Positions 21,684-31,932 of a stretch of DNA of 64,000 nucleotides are shown here, one piece after another. Under the pieces are notes generated by a model. The model did not search any database. It was not told the origin of the DNA and worked only from the letters and a program-made list of their open reading frames with translations. Source of the DNA: Methanobacteriota archaeon (GTDB taxonomy: Archaea > Thermoplasmatota > Thermoplasmata > Methanomassiliicoccales > Methanomassiliicoccaceae); the NCBI GenBank assembly GCA_012518185.1, contig JAAYTA010000102.1, forward strand, positions 3,955 to 67,954, written 5' to 3'. A program made the position numbers and the translations under genes. Within the stretch, counting starts at the first letter, position 1; each line of letters begins with the position of its first letter.

Positions 21684-22919
21684 TTACATTAAGGTTGTCT
21701 GATTTTTGGGACGATAATTCTTTAGAGACTGTAAAGCTTCATCTTCTTCTAACACTTTCTTAGTTTCAATAGCTGAAACAGATGATTCTATTTCTTTAGT
21801 ACGCCCACCGCGCCCAAAACTCTTGACTCTAGCATGTATTATACCTAACATATCTAGCTCTGATATTAGATCAGTGACTCTCCTCTGTGTGAGTTGAGTT
21901 ATACCTGTGACAGCAGCTAGATCACGATACGTGTAATATACATCCCCAGTAGTTAAACGGGCATCATTTCTTTCTTCATTTAAGAGTATAGACATCAGAA
22001 CTAATTTCGATTGGGTAGGCAGCGTTCTAATAGCTTCAGTAACACAGTCTAATTCAAGTTTATTTTTAGCTTTATACACATGAGCTTCTGTCACTATGTC
22101 ATCACTATATCGTTCAGCTATCTCAGCAGCGACTCTTAACAAATCTAATGCGCGCCTCGCATCACCATGTTCCTGTGCTGCAAGAGCTGAACAAAGAGGT
22201 ATTACACTATCTTCAATAACTCCAGGGAAGAATGCTAATTCGGCACGCTGTTTGAGGATATCTCTTAACTGATCAGCATTATATGGAGGAAATACCATTT
22301 TCTCCTCCCCCATTCTACTCTTGACTCGAGGATCGAGGAAGTCTGTAAATTTTAGATCATTGGAAATGCCTATTAATGACACTTTGGCATTTTGTAAATC
22401 GTCATTAATTCTTGATAAATGATATAAGACATCGTCACCAGACTTATACACTAATTTATCTATCTCGTCTAAAACTATTATAACCACGCGATTGGCTTCA
22501 TCAATTTTCTCTCTGAATATATTATATACTCTCTCAGTACTCCAACCAGTAAATGGGATACGTTCATTAAAATTATCTATGAACATGTTTCCAATATTTT
22601 GTAAAGCACCATATTGTGTGTCTACAACTTCACAGTTCATATATATATAGTGGATGCGGTTGAATTCAGAATCAGCCTTCTTGATCTCTTTTCCTAAATA
22701 TTTGACTGAGGCAGTTTTTCCAGTCCCTGTTTTACCAAATATAAGAACATTTGAAGGTCTATCACCCCTCAAAGCAGTCACTAATATAGACGCTAGTTGA
22801 TTTATCTGATTTCGTCGATGAGGAAGCTCATCTGGAATATATGAGGGTCTCAAAATTTCCCGATTGCGTTGGAATATCCTCTTTGAATTTAGATATGGTT
22901 GGAAGATGCTTTCGTCCAT
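21684..22919 (-). CDS. cdc6: Orc1/Cdc6 replication initiator
   Basis: YIPDELPHR, GKTGTGKT, VLDEID, GDARRALDLLR and a C-terminal wHTH. Start at 22919 follows GGAG; the track gives 22931. Confidence 0.96.
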   Translation of the reverse strand: MDESIFQPYLNSKRIFQRNREILRPSYIPDELPHRRNQINQLASILVTALRGDRPSNVLIFGKTGTGKTASVKYLGKEIKKADSEFNRIHYIYMNCEVVDTQYGALQNIGNMFIDNFNERIPFTGWSTERVYNIFREKIDEANRVVIIVLDEIDKLVYKSGDDVLYHLSRINDDLQNAKVSLIGISNDLKFTDFLDPRVKSRMGEEKMVFPPYNADQLRDILKQRAELAFFPGVIEDSVIPLCSALAAQEHGDARRALDLLRVAAEIAERYSDDIVTEAHVYKAKNKLELDCVTEAIRTLPTQSKLVLMSILLNEERNDARLTTGDVYYTYRDLAAVTGITQLTQRRVTDLISELDMLGIIHARVKSFGRGGRTKEIESSVSAIETKKVLEEDEALQSLKNYRPKNQTTLM

Positions 22920-22931
22920 GTTTATCTCCAT

Positions 22932-23350
22932 AATACGACATTACCACTTAATACCCTTACCCCTTTATTTCTATTGGAAACTAATTCGGTATGTCGCGGC
23001 GCCTCGAATATGTACATCTTCTTCAAGTATGTTTCTTTTGGAATTTCATGATATGTGATTAGTAAGTGATTTTTTATTTTCCGATATAATTGGCCCGCCC
23101 CCACCCCTTCATTTCCATTGGAAATTTAAAATTAAGTCAGGAGTTTTAGATTATATTAATTAATTTAAGTCAAATAAAATGTAATCTAATAGTACTGATT
23201 AACTATAGCTATTTTTTAGAAGAAATGGAGATAATTATTATAAGATAGTTAATAACTGTAGAGGAAGTTGTAGGATAGTAAGTAAAAAAATAATTAATAG
23301 GTTAGTTTAGGTAATCTACATACGTTATAATATAGAGAGGAATAGAAATA
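22932..23350. other. Replication origin core (two ORBs, a mini-ORB and an AT-rich unwinding element)
   Basis: Minus-strand ORBs GTTTCCAATAGAAATAAAGGGG (22960-22981) and ATTTCCAATGGAAATGAAGGGG (23104-23125), mini-ORB ATTCCAAAAGAAAC (23031-23044), then a very AT-rich tract at 23126-23350, all next to cdc6. Confidence 0.85.
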
Positions 23351-24604
23351 TTGAAAAAAAAGAAAGTAAGAACAGTAGCTATTCTAACTTTAGATGAAAA
23401 CTTATCAGAGATGGAAGAGCTTGCTTATTCTGCAGGGATGAATGTTGTATTTGAAATTATACAACGTCGTAGAAGACCACATCCTACATCTTTTGTAGGT
23501 AAAGGAAAACTACAAGATATTAAAGAGACGCTTGATATACGAAATATCGATATACTACTCATTAATGGAGTTTTAAAACCTTCTCAACACTATCTTCTAG
23601 AGAACGAGTTAAAAGTTGAATGTATGGATCGCATACGTTTAGTATTAGAAATATTTGATGCTAGAGCATCTTCTCGTGAAGCTAGACTTCAGGTTCAAAG
23701 AGCTAGATTGATGTATGAAATCCCTTTATTAAGAGAATGGGTACATAAATCAAAAAGTGGAGAGCATCCAGGCTTCCTAGGTGGCGGTGCTTATGAAGTA
23801 GATTCTTATTATGAATTAATTAGGCGTCAGTTAGCTCGTATAGAGTCAGATTTAGAAAAAATTGAAAATAACCGAGATCTCCGTAGGAAGCGTCGAACTC
23901 GTGTTGGTTTTAGTACGATAGCTCTATCTGGATATACTAATGCTGGAAAATCTTCATTACTTAATCTCATCACAAGTGAAAAAGTCCTTGTAGAAGATAA
24001 GGTATTTTCTACATTGTCTACTACGACGTCCCGTATAGAGGGTTGTAATAAACAGTTACTCATAACTGATACTATTGGCTTTATCTCAAATTTACCACAT
24101 TTTATGATAGAATCTTTCAAGAGTACATTGGATGAAATATTTTTTGCCGATTTAGTATTATTATTGATAGATTCATCAGACGATGAAAAAACATTTACTG
24201 AGAAATTAATAACTTCTCTAAATATATTATTCCCAGATATAGATATTACAAATATAATAATAGTTCTTACTAAAATAGATAAAGTAGATGATCTTATAAA
24301 TAAAAAAACTATAATACAATCTTATATTCCAAATGCAACAATTATTGGAGTTTCATCCTATACTAGGGAGGGTATTGATGATCTACTTGAAATCATCATT
24401 GATTACTTTGCTTATCCCATTGAGATGAGTTTTTTTCTCCCACATTCATCAATGGCAGAATCATTACTATCTTGGCTATATGATAATACTGATATAATCG
24501 TTAATAGAACGCCTGAAGGAACTAAAGTAAATCTTCATTGTAGAGAAAGTGATCACTCTAACATTGTGCGCTATATTACAGAGGCTGGAGGTTATCCTAA
24601 TTGA
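23351..24604 (+). CDS. hflX: GTPase HflX
   Basis: GYTNAGKSS, FSTLSTT, DTIGF and TKID motifs; TTG start. Confidence 0.95.
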   Translation: MKKKKVRTVAILTLDENLSEMEELAYSAGMNVVFEIIQRRRRPHPTSFVGKGKLQDIKETLDIRNIDILLINGVLKPSQHYLLENELKVECMDRIRLVLEIFDARASSREARLQVQRARLMYEIPLLREWVHKSKSGEHPGFLGGGAYEVDSYYELIRRQLARIESDLEKIENNRDLRRKRRTRVGFSTIALSGYTNAGKSSLLNLITSEKVLVEDKVFSTLSTTTSRIEGCNKQLLITDTIGFISNLPHFMIESFKSTLDEIFFADLVLLLIDSSDDEKTFTEKLITSLNILFPDIDITNIIIVLTKIDKVDDLINKKTIIQSYIPNATIIGVSSYTREGIDDLLEIIIDYFAYPIEMSFFLPHSSMAESLLSWLYDNTDIIVNRTPEGTKVNLHCRESDHSNIVRYITEAGGYPN

Positions 24605-24660
24605 ATACAGATGGCTGATCATGTGTATCGAGTTTGTTATCAGAGCCGGTTAAAGATTAG

Positions 24661-24682
24661 ATTCCAGTGGAAATGAAGGGGT
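24661..24682 (+). promoter_or_regulatory. ORB element in inverted orientation, downstream of hflX
   Basis: ATTCCAGTGGAAATGAAGGGGT closely matches the archaeal ORB consensus including its G-string. Confidence 0.8.
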
Positions 24683-24701
24683 CCCCCCCTCCATTATATA
24701 A

Positions 24702-25052
24702 TTATTTAAGTCCAAAGCGTTTTTTCTTAATTTTCAGCTCTTTTTCATATTTTGAGGGGAGGTTCAAGGTAAGATACTCTATATTTGAAAGTTCTTTCCT
24801 AAAATTTGCCATACTCTGTTCCAGCATATATTTGCGGAATTTTCGAACATTTTTGACATAAGTCATTAACCAAAAACTTCCGATAAATGCGATGCCTATC
24901 CCTATTAATATTATCCACAATTCCCAATTGCCTATTTCAGTGAAGGCAAGATCTAGTATGGAAAGTGCTGCAATGATAGTCATGGCGATGCCAATCATCA
25001 ATATACTTATCGATAGAAAATATGCCTTCTCAATTCGTATAGATTTAGACAT
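24702..25052 (-). CDS. Small membrane protein (DUF3198-like)
   Basis: Two TM helices and a C-terminal EYLTLNLPSKYEK..KKKRFGLK pattern. Confidence 0.65.
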   Translation of the reverse strand: MSKSIRIEKAYFLSISILMIGIAMTIIAALSILDLAFTEIGNWELWIILIGIGIAFIGSFWLMTYVKNVRKFRKYMLEQSMANFRKELSNIEYLTLNLPSKYEKELKIKKKRFGLK

Positions 25053-25202
25053 TATTCGGGTATTGTAAAAAAACTATTCAATGTTTATGATACATAATTA
25101 CATTCTCACATTAAGATCCAGTGAATATCACTGATATTCTAATTTACAATCGCTTCCATTAGGAAGTATTGATAAACACTATTTCACTTATCATCTATAT
25201 CC

Positions 25203-26489
25203 ATGTTTATTGGCATAGATGATACTGATTCTCCTAATTATATGTGTACGACTTTCTTAATAATAGAACTCATCAAGGCGTTCCCGGAGTGGGACCTTAT
25301 AGGTATGCCTCGTCTGGTTCGTCTTAATCCAGCAGTTCCATGGAAGACTCGAGGTAATGCTGCATTAGCTATTAACATTGGTAGGGGTAAAGGGGATTGT
25401 CGAATGATAGGTATGCTAGGCAATCGCTCAATATTATCATATCCACGCTCATATAGTGAGCCTAATCAAGAAGAAGTTTTAGAGAGGGCCTCATGTGTTG
25501 TAGAGAAGTGGGCGCAGAAAGATTATTCAGATCCTGGATTAGTAATATTATCTAAACAACCTGAAGAATCACTATATCATCAGGCAGTTACTACTATATT
25601 AGAAAAAGATGACGTTCTAAGAGTTATCAAGGAGTTAGGAGGAGACTACTTCCAGTTAAACAATGGGAGGGGCCTAATCGGTGCTACATCAGCAGTAGCA
25701 TGGCGACCAAAAGATCGAACATATGAACTACTAACTTATCGCCATAGAGAGTTATGGGGGACTGAACGAGTTATTTCAGAACAAGAAATACGATTATTAG
25801 ACAGTCGGTATCCATCTACATTCAATAATTTTGATTTTGAAAATGAACATCCAGCCATAATTCCTCATACTAATTGTCCCATACTCTATGGTATTAGGGG
25901 AGATTCAGCTCCTGATTTAATTATGGCCATGTTATCTATTCCCTCTGAAATTCCAGAGAGCTGGTTATTATTTATCACCAATCAGGGTACTGATGAGCAT
26001 ATTATTACTGATTGGAAAACCCTAAGGCCCTTCTCCTCGTATGAGGTGGTAGGTGAAGTTATTGGAGAGCCATGGACATTGCGCGGGGGACATGTGTTTA
26101 TATCATTAAAATCTGATAATGGAATTGAATTAGAGGCAGCAGCTTACGAGCCTACAAAATCATTTCGCAACGTGATTAGAGAACTGCGTAGAGGCGATCG
26201 TGTACGCGTGCTAGGTGAAGTTCGTGAAGATTATGGTACACTGAATATTGAAAAATTAGAAGTAATACAGCTTGCTCCATCATATATTAAAAAATCTAAT
26301 CCAATATGCGCATGTGGTCGCTATATGAAATCAATAGGCACGAATCAGGGCTATCGTTGTAGAGTATGCAGTACCCGCGCTGATGAGGCAATTATGGAAT
26401 TGGAAAAGCGGTCTATACACACAGGTTGGTATGAACCGCCTGTATGTTCTCGACGTCATATCTCCAAACCGATCAAACGCATGCTATAA
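25203..26489 (+). CDS. tiaS: tRNA(Ile2) agmatinylcytidine synthetase
   Basis: IGIDDTDS, MCTT, LVRLNPAVPWKTRGN, YGIRG, TNQGTD, YEPTK, OB fold and Zn ribbon. Confidence 0.95.
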   Translation: MFIGIDDTDSPNYMCTTFLIIELIKAFPEWDLIGMPRLVRLNPAVPWKTRGNAALAINIGRGKGDCRMIGMLGNRSILSYPRSYSEPNQEEVLERASCVVEKWAQKDYSDPGLVILSKQPEESLYHQAVTTILEKDDVLRVIKELGGDYFQLNNGRGLIGATSAVAWRPKDRTYELLTYRHRELWGTERVISEQEIRLLDSRYPSTFNNFDFENEHPAIIPHTNCPILYGIRGDSAPDLIMAMLSIPSEIPESWLLFITNQGTDEHIITDWKTLRPFSSYEVVGEVIGEPWTLRGGHVFISLKSDNGIELEAAAYEPTKSFRNVIRELRRGDRVRVLGEVREDYGTLNIEKLEVIQLAPSYIKKSNPICACGRYMKSIGTNQGYRCRVCSTRADEAIMELEKRSIHTGWYEPPVCSRRHISKPIKRML

Positions 26490-26587
26490 ATCGACATAAG
26501 TCGAGTTATCATACCGACAGATTTTTAATAAGACTTTGAGATGACTCGACGGATGGGAGCCGACTCCCTTACCAGGAGCATGATCTA

Positions 26588-27766
26588 GTGAAGGAAGCTG
26601 TCATATTGAGCGCCGTCCGTACACCGGTCGGTAAGTTCGGAGGCTCATTGAAGAATATTCCCGCACCTAAGCTGGGAGCCATGACTATTGCTGAAGCTAC
26701 CAAGAGAGCTGAAGTAGCTGCAAGTGATGTTCAGGAATGTATAATGGGGATAGTTCTCCCCGCTGGAACAGGTCAGAACCCTGCCCGCCAGGCCGCTCTG
26801 GAAGCTGGATTGCCTGTAGAGATAGGCTCATTTAATGTTAATAAGGTATGTGGTTCTGGATTAAAGTCTGTCATGTTAGCTGCCAACTCTATACGTGCTG
26901 GAGAACATGACCTCATAGTAGCTGGAGGAATGGAGAATATGTCAGCTGCACCATATCTTCTTATGGAAGGTCGCTTTGGTTACCGTTTAGGAGATAATAA
27001 GATAGTAGATCATATGGTTAAGGATGGTTTATGGGATGCTCCTACCGATCAGCATATGGGAAATACCGGCGAGCTTGTTGCTGAGAAATACAATATAACT
27101 AGAGAAGATGCTGACTTACTTGCTTACCAAAGCCATATAAAGGCAGCCACTTCAATTAAAGACGGTCGCTTTGATAATGAAATATTACCGGTAACAGTAA
27201 AAGACAGAAGAGAAACTATAGAATTCCGTCAAGATGAAGGAGTACGCCCTGATTCCACCATTGAGGGACTTGCTAAACTCCGTCCTGCTTTTAAAAAAGA
27301 TGGGATCGTAACTGCTGGTAATGCATCTCAGATAAGTGATGGTGCAGCCGCAATAATGGTAGCGTCAAGAGAATATGCCGAGAAAAATGGATCGAAGCCC
27401 ATAGCAACCATAGTCGATTATATTACAAGTGGTACTAAACCAGAATGGATTATGGAAGCTCCTATATTTGCCACTCGCGCGCTAATGAAACGTAATGAAA
27501 TAAGCATAGATGATATCGATCTATTTGAGCACAATGAAGCATTTGCTACTGCATCAGTGGCCGTGAAGCGCGAACTGAACGTTCCCGATGAAAAATTCAA
27601 CGTTAATGGTGGAGCTATTGCTATTGGGCACCCAATTGGCGCTTCAGGAGCAAGAGTGCTTACTAGCCTAATATATGCATTACATGATCGAAATAAAAAG
27701 ACCGGTATAGCTACATTGTGCCTTGGTGGTGGCAACGCAGTTTCTATGCTAATCAGGCGAGAATGA
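26588..27766 (+). CDS. Acetyl-CoA C-acetyltransferase (thiolase, bacterial type)
   Basis: VNKVCGSG, NEAFA, GHPIGASG and CLGGG motifs. Confidence 0.95.
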   Translation: MKEAVILSAVRTPVGKFGGSLKNIPAPKLGAMTIAEATKRAEVAASDVQECIMGIVLPAGTGQNPARQAALEAGLPVEIGSFNVNKVCGSGLKSVMLAANSIRAGEHDLIVAGGMENMSAAPYLLMEGRFGYRLGDNKIVDHMVKDGLWDAPTDQHMGNTGELVAEKYNITREDADLLAYQSHIKAATSIKDGRFDNEILPVTVKDRRETIEFRQDEGVRPDSTIEGLAKLRPAFKKDGIVTAGNASQISDGAAAIMVASREYAEKNGSKPIATIVDYITSGTKPEWIMEAPIFATRALMKRNEISIDDIDLFEHNEAFATASVAVKRELNVPDEKFNVNGGAIAIGHPIGASGARVLTSLIYALHDRNKKTGIATLCLGGGNAVSMLIRRE

Positions 27767-27835
27767 GATAATCACTCGTCTTCCTTTACCTATAAATGAT
27801 ATAATACCACTTCTCGTTGTATTAGTGGTAAGATC

Positions 27836-29101
27836 ATGAATCAATTAGAGGATTTACTCAGCACCGTGGAAAATTACCGGGATGAAATGATTGAGGAGAT
27901 GAAGACCATGCTCCGAATTCCCGCCATGGGGCCAGAGAATGGAGGGGAGGGCGAGTTAGAGCGATCTAAGTTCATCGAAGGATTAGTTCGCCGATGTGGA
28001 TTTCAGGAAGTAGAGGTATATAATTCACCGGACGATCGGGTAGAATCTAAGATACGACCTAGTGTTATCGCCAAACGTAAGGGGAGATCTGATCGCACAA
28101 TTTGGTTTGTATCGCACATGGATACCGTGTCGCCTGGGGATGTAAAAGCATGGTCTCATCCACCATTCGATGGTACTGTTGTGGATGGTAAATTATATGG
28201 TCGCGGATCAGAAGATAATGGCCAGGCGATAATGTCTACCCTATTTGCTCTAAAGGCTGCTCTAACTATTGAAGAAGAGCCAGAATATACAATTGCAGCT
28301 GCTATAGTTGCTGATGAAGAAGCTGGCTCTGAACATGGAGTTAGATTCCTCATAGAAAAAGGATTATTTAATAAAAATGACATAATATATGTTCCAGATT
28401 TTGGTGTTACTGATGGATCAATAATTGAAATGGCTGAAAAGTCTATCATATGGCTTAAATTCATAATTCGTGGAAAACAAGTACATGCATCTGCGCCTAT
28501 GATGGGCTTAAATGCACTCCGTGTTGGATCACAATTGCTAGTTTCAGTTAGTGATCATTTGTATGGAAAATTCTCCATGGCTGATCCTATGTTCGTCCCT
28601 CCTATTTCAACATTTGAACCTACCAAGCGTTTAGCTAATGTCGAAAATGTAAATACGGTTCCAGGGGAAGATGTCTTTTACATGGATGTACGCCTACTCC
28701 CACAATATGATCCTCAGGAGTGTGTAGATGCTGCCAAGAGAGTTGCAGCTATCTATGAGGAGCGTACTGGTGCTACAATTGATGTCATAGCAGAGCGTAT
28801 AGATCAGGCGGGAAATGCATCTCCCGAAGATGATGCAGGAGCTATTGCACTGAGAAAAGCCATTCGTTGTATCCGAGGCATAGAACCGACCATGGCGGGT
28901 ATAGGGGGACAGACTTGCGCCAATTGGTTCCGTCTATCAGGAATAGATGCGTATGTGTGGGAAACATGCGATGAAATGGCCCATCAGGTGGATGAATACG
29001 TCCGAATTGACAATATGGTGAATGATGCCAAAGTGTACGTAGCCTTACTGACCGATTTATGTTACCCTGGCAAGTTCAAAGGTTCCTGTCCAGAATACTA
29101 A
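27836..29101 (+). CDS. M20 family metallopeptidase/amidohydrolase (DapE/ArgE-like)
   Basis: SHMDTV, YGRGSEDN, ADEE, HAS and AHQVDE motifs. Confidence 0.9.
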   Translation: MNQLEDLLSTVENYRDEMIEEMKTMLRIPAMGPENGGEGELERSKFIEGLVRRCGFQEVEVYNSPDDRVESKIRPSVIAKRKGRSDRTIWFVSHMDTVSPGDVKAWSHPPFDGTVVDGKLYGRGSEDNGQAIMSTLFALKAALTIEEEPEYTIAAAIVADEEAGSEHGVRFLIEKGLFNKNDIIYVPDFGVTDGSIIEMAEKSIIWLKFIIRGKQVHASAPMMGLNALRVGSQLLVSVSDHLYGKFSMADPMFVPPISTFEPTKRLANVENVNTVPGEDVFYMDVRLLPQYDPQECVDAAKRVAAIYEERTGATIDVIAERIDQAGNASPEDDAGAIALRKAIRCIRGIEPTMAGIGGQTCANWFRLSGIDAYVWETCDEMAHQVDEYVRIDNMVNDAKVYVALLTDLCYPGKFKGSCPEY

Positions 29102-29285
29102 TCTTATGGTAGTGAGGTCTAACAAGCTCATTTAGGATATAGTCTACTGGGAGCGTTGACGATGCTCTAAGATATGTGATATTTAGTCTCACACATCAAT
29201 TAAAGTGCTGAATGTATGATCAAATTGTAAGTCCCAATCGATCATTCTTATTGTAGTATGAAATATCGGATTAGGTGTTAACCGA

Positions 29286-30371
29286 ATGATCGACAATTCA
29301 AAAGATTCAGTTCTAGATGATAGAGTACAACACATTGACTTAGAAGAAATCATCACAGTAAAAGATCTTATAGATGCTTACAAGGACAGTTCCATACAGA
29401 GTCGTGCACTTGCTAATTGTGCAAGAGTATACGAAAGTGCATTATTAGATCCTGATAGACCGTTCATAATAATGGGTATATCCGGACCACTAATTGCTGC
29501 TGGATTGCGTAAAGTGCTATCTGACACTATACGGTTTGGAATGGTTGATGCAATAGTATCTACGGGCGCTATAGTGTATCAGGATTATCTTAATGCTGGA
29601 GGCCACTGGCATTACAAATGTTCGCCCGATATTGATGATATTATGCTCAATGAGTTATCTATAGATCGTATCTATGATACTTTAGTCGATGAAGACGCTT
29701 TTTATGAGAAGGATGCTGAAATAGGAAAAATAGCTGAAACATTAGAGCCCCGTGGATACTCTAGTAGAGAGTTTATGGAAGTGCTGGGCTCTCAAGTTAA
29801 CGATGAGGATTCCATATTATATAATGCTTGGAAATATGATGTACCTATATTCGTACCCGCGATTAACGACTCCTCTATAGGTATCGGATTAACTGGTCTT
29901 TACCATAAGATGCTCTCAGAGGGGCGAGATTATGATGAATTCATGTACATAGATTCTATTAGAGATAATTATGAGCTTACGCAATTAAAAATTGCCACTG
30001 AATCTACCGCCGCCATCTATGTAGGTGGCGGAGTTCCCAAAAATTTCATACAGCAGATGGAAGGAACTGCCGATACCATGGAACAACCCAAGGGTGGGCA
30101 TTCTTATGCTGTGCAAATAACAGTCGATACTCCACAATGGGGAGGATTATCTGGCTGTACATTCGAGGAGGCACAATCATGGGGTAAGATAAATCCAGAC
30201 GCAAGAACTGCTGTAGCGTATGTGGAAGCTTCTATCGGACTCAGCCTAATGGTATCATATATCCTACAAAAAGATCTGTGGAAGGGAAGGAATAGACTAC
30301 GGCCATCTTGGAATAGAGGGAGACTCATATCGTTAGACTCAGAGCCCATCGAGTTGAATAAAAGGGAGTAA
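29286..30371 (+). CDS. dhs: Deoxyhypusine synthase family protein
   Basis: IDRIYDT, GGGVPKNF, and GGLSGCTFEEAQSWGK with the catalytic Lys. Confidence 0.9.
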   Translation: MIDNSKDSVLDDRVQHIDLEEIITVKDLIDAYKDSSIQSRALANCARVYESALLDPDRPFIIMGISGPLIAAGLRKVLSDTIRFGMVDAIVSTGAIVYQDYLNAGGHWHYKCSPDIDDIMLNELSIDRIYDTLVDEDAFYEKDAEIGKIAETLEPRGYSSREFMEVLGSQVNDEDSILYNAWKYDVPIFVPAINDSSIGIGLTGLYHKMLSEGRDYDEFMYIDSIRDNYELTQLKIATESTAAIYVGGGVPKNFIQQMEGTADTMEQPKGGHSYAVQITVDTPQWGGLSGCTFEEAQSWGKINPDARTAVAYVEASIGLSLMVSYILQKDLWKGRNRLRPSWNRGRLISLDSEPIELNKRE

Positions 30372-30381
30372 AATCCCTACT

Positions 30382-31506
30382 TTATTCAGCAAATAAACGA
30401 TCTAACATCCATTTACCATTAAATGGTATAATATCCTCGTATCCCTGGCCAGTACTTACGAATGCTATAGGTTTTCCAATTGCATGTGCAATAGAGAGCG
30501 CTGCACCACCCTTAGCATCAGCATCTATCTTGGTCAAAATGATGGAATCAATTCCAACTGCCTTATCAAATGCTATTGCCTGTTCCACTGCATCGTTCCC
30601 AGCAAGAGAGTCTCCAACAAAAATTATGAGATCTGGCGATACAACGCGTTTGATCTTCTTCATCTCATCCATAAGATTAGCATTAGTCTGCATACGGCCA
30701 GCGGTGTCAACTAAAACTACATCACGTCGTCTTGCTTTAGCATGATCTACTGCATCATATGCTACTGCTGCTGGATCTCCTCCTGACTGATGCTTTATAA
30801 TTTTTGTATTCAATTTATCAGCATGTACAGATAATTGTTCAATAGCTCCCGCACGGAACGTGTCGGAGGCAGATAGAACTGTAGTCATACCATTTTTTTG
30901 AATACGATTAGAGATCTTAGCGATAGCCGTCGTCTTACCTGTTCCATTAATTCCTACGAACATGACTACAACAGGCTTATCATGATCATGGATAAATGCA
31001 TCAAAATCAAACTCGCTATGTTGTAGAACTCCTGCAATAGCGTCTCGTAGGGTCTGTTCGATCGCATCTCCTAGATCATAACCCCTACTTATTCGGCGTC
31101 CAATGAGGTCATTACGCACTCCGTTTTTGATCTCTTCTATAACTGGAAGGGCTACATCTGCCTCCAAAAGGCCCATTTCCAGCTCCCAGAGGAAGTCATC
31201 AAGCTTATCTTCATTAATTTTTCTTCCTGTGTCACCTATACCACTAGTCGCAACTTCTGATGATGTCTTGGTCTCCCTTCTAGAGAAGAATCTCCATCTT
31301 CCTTTCTCTTCTGTGGAATCTGACTCATCTACGGTTGATTCATATTCTAAATCTGTGACCTCATCGACTTTAGGAGTTACAGTCTCTAACGTAGCACCGG
31401 TTGCAGTATCAGTGCTAGAGTCTACGTCAGGCTCCTCCTCTGGCTCGACAACCTCGGCACCCCTCTTTCGTAGAGAGGCCAGTTTCTTACGGAGAGCTCC
31501 GAACAA
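30382..31506 (-). CDS. ftsY: SRP receptor FtsY
   Basis: Acidic N-terminus, GINGTGKTT, DTFRAGA, DTAGR, TKIDADAKGG. Confidence 0.96.
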   Translation of the reverse strand: MFGALRKKLASLRKRGAEVVEPEEEPDVDSSTDTATGATLETVTPKVDEVTDLEYESTVDESDSTEEKGRWRFFSRRETKTSSEVATSGIGDTGRKINEDKLDDFLWELEMGLLEADVALPVIEEIKNGVRNDLIGRRISRGYDLGDAIEQTLRDAIAGVLQHSEFDFDAFIHDHDKPVVVMFVGINGTGKTTAIAKISNRIQKNGMTTVLSASDTFRAGAIEQLSVHADKLNTKIIKHQSGGDPAAVAYDAVDHAKARRRDVVLVDTAGRMQTNANLMDEMKKIKRVVSPDLIIFVGDSLAGNDAVEQAIAFDKAVGIDSIILTKIDADAKGGAALSIAHAIGKPIAFVSTGQGYEDIIPFNGKWMLDRLFAE

Positions 31507-31512
31507 AGCTCC

Positions 31513-31932
31513 TCACTGCCCCTGCAGCGTTTGCATCTCCATCTGGATAGAACGAGAGAGCTGTTCAGCCTGGGCTTCCAATGTCTCGCGTCGTTCGGAG
31601 AGATTATTCATATTGTTTGTAAGTTCGTTATAGCGCTCTTCCATAGTCTTCATGGCATCGTCCATGCTTTTTTCCATCGAGATACCTGTTCCGATCCCTA
31701 CAATAGCCTTAGTATTGTCAGAGGCTTTGGCGAATACAAATGAATTTCCGCCTATTGGAACGAGTATGTCTGAACCCACTTCTGCATCTTTGTATTGTGA
31801 AAGTGTCTCACGAGCCCTAGCTAGCTCTTCTAATGATAACTGAATGAGCTGCAAATTCTCCGCGACACTCTGCAATTGAACGCGGTAGGCTTCCAGGGCT
31901 GACATGGCCTGGCGCAGCTCCTGCTCGTTCAT
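31513..31932 (-). CDS. pfdA: Prefoldin alpha subunit
   Basis: ILVPIGGNSFV...IVGIGTGISMEKS hairpin between two coiled coils. Confidence 0.93.
   Translation of the reverse strand: MNEQELRQAMSALEAYRVQLQSVAENLQLIQLSLEELARARETLSQYKDAEVGSDILVPIGGNSFVFAKASDNTKAIVGIGTGISMEKSMDDAMKTMEERYNELTNNMNNLSERRETLEAQAEQLSRSIQMEMQTLQGQ

Noticed and set aside
26500-26575. Stem-loops before the thiolase gene (GTCGAGT..ACTCGAC; GGGAG-CCGA-CTCCC)
   Set aside because: Short and single-copy, with no match to an RNA family I can recognise.
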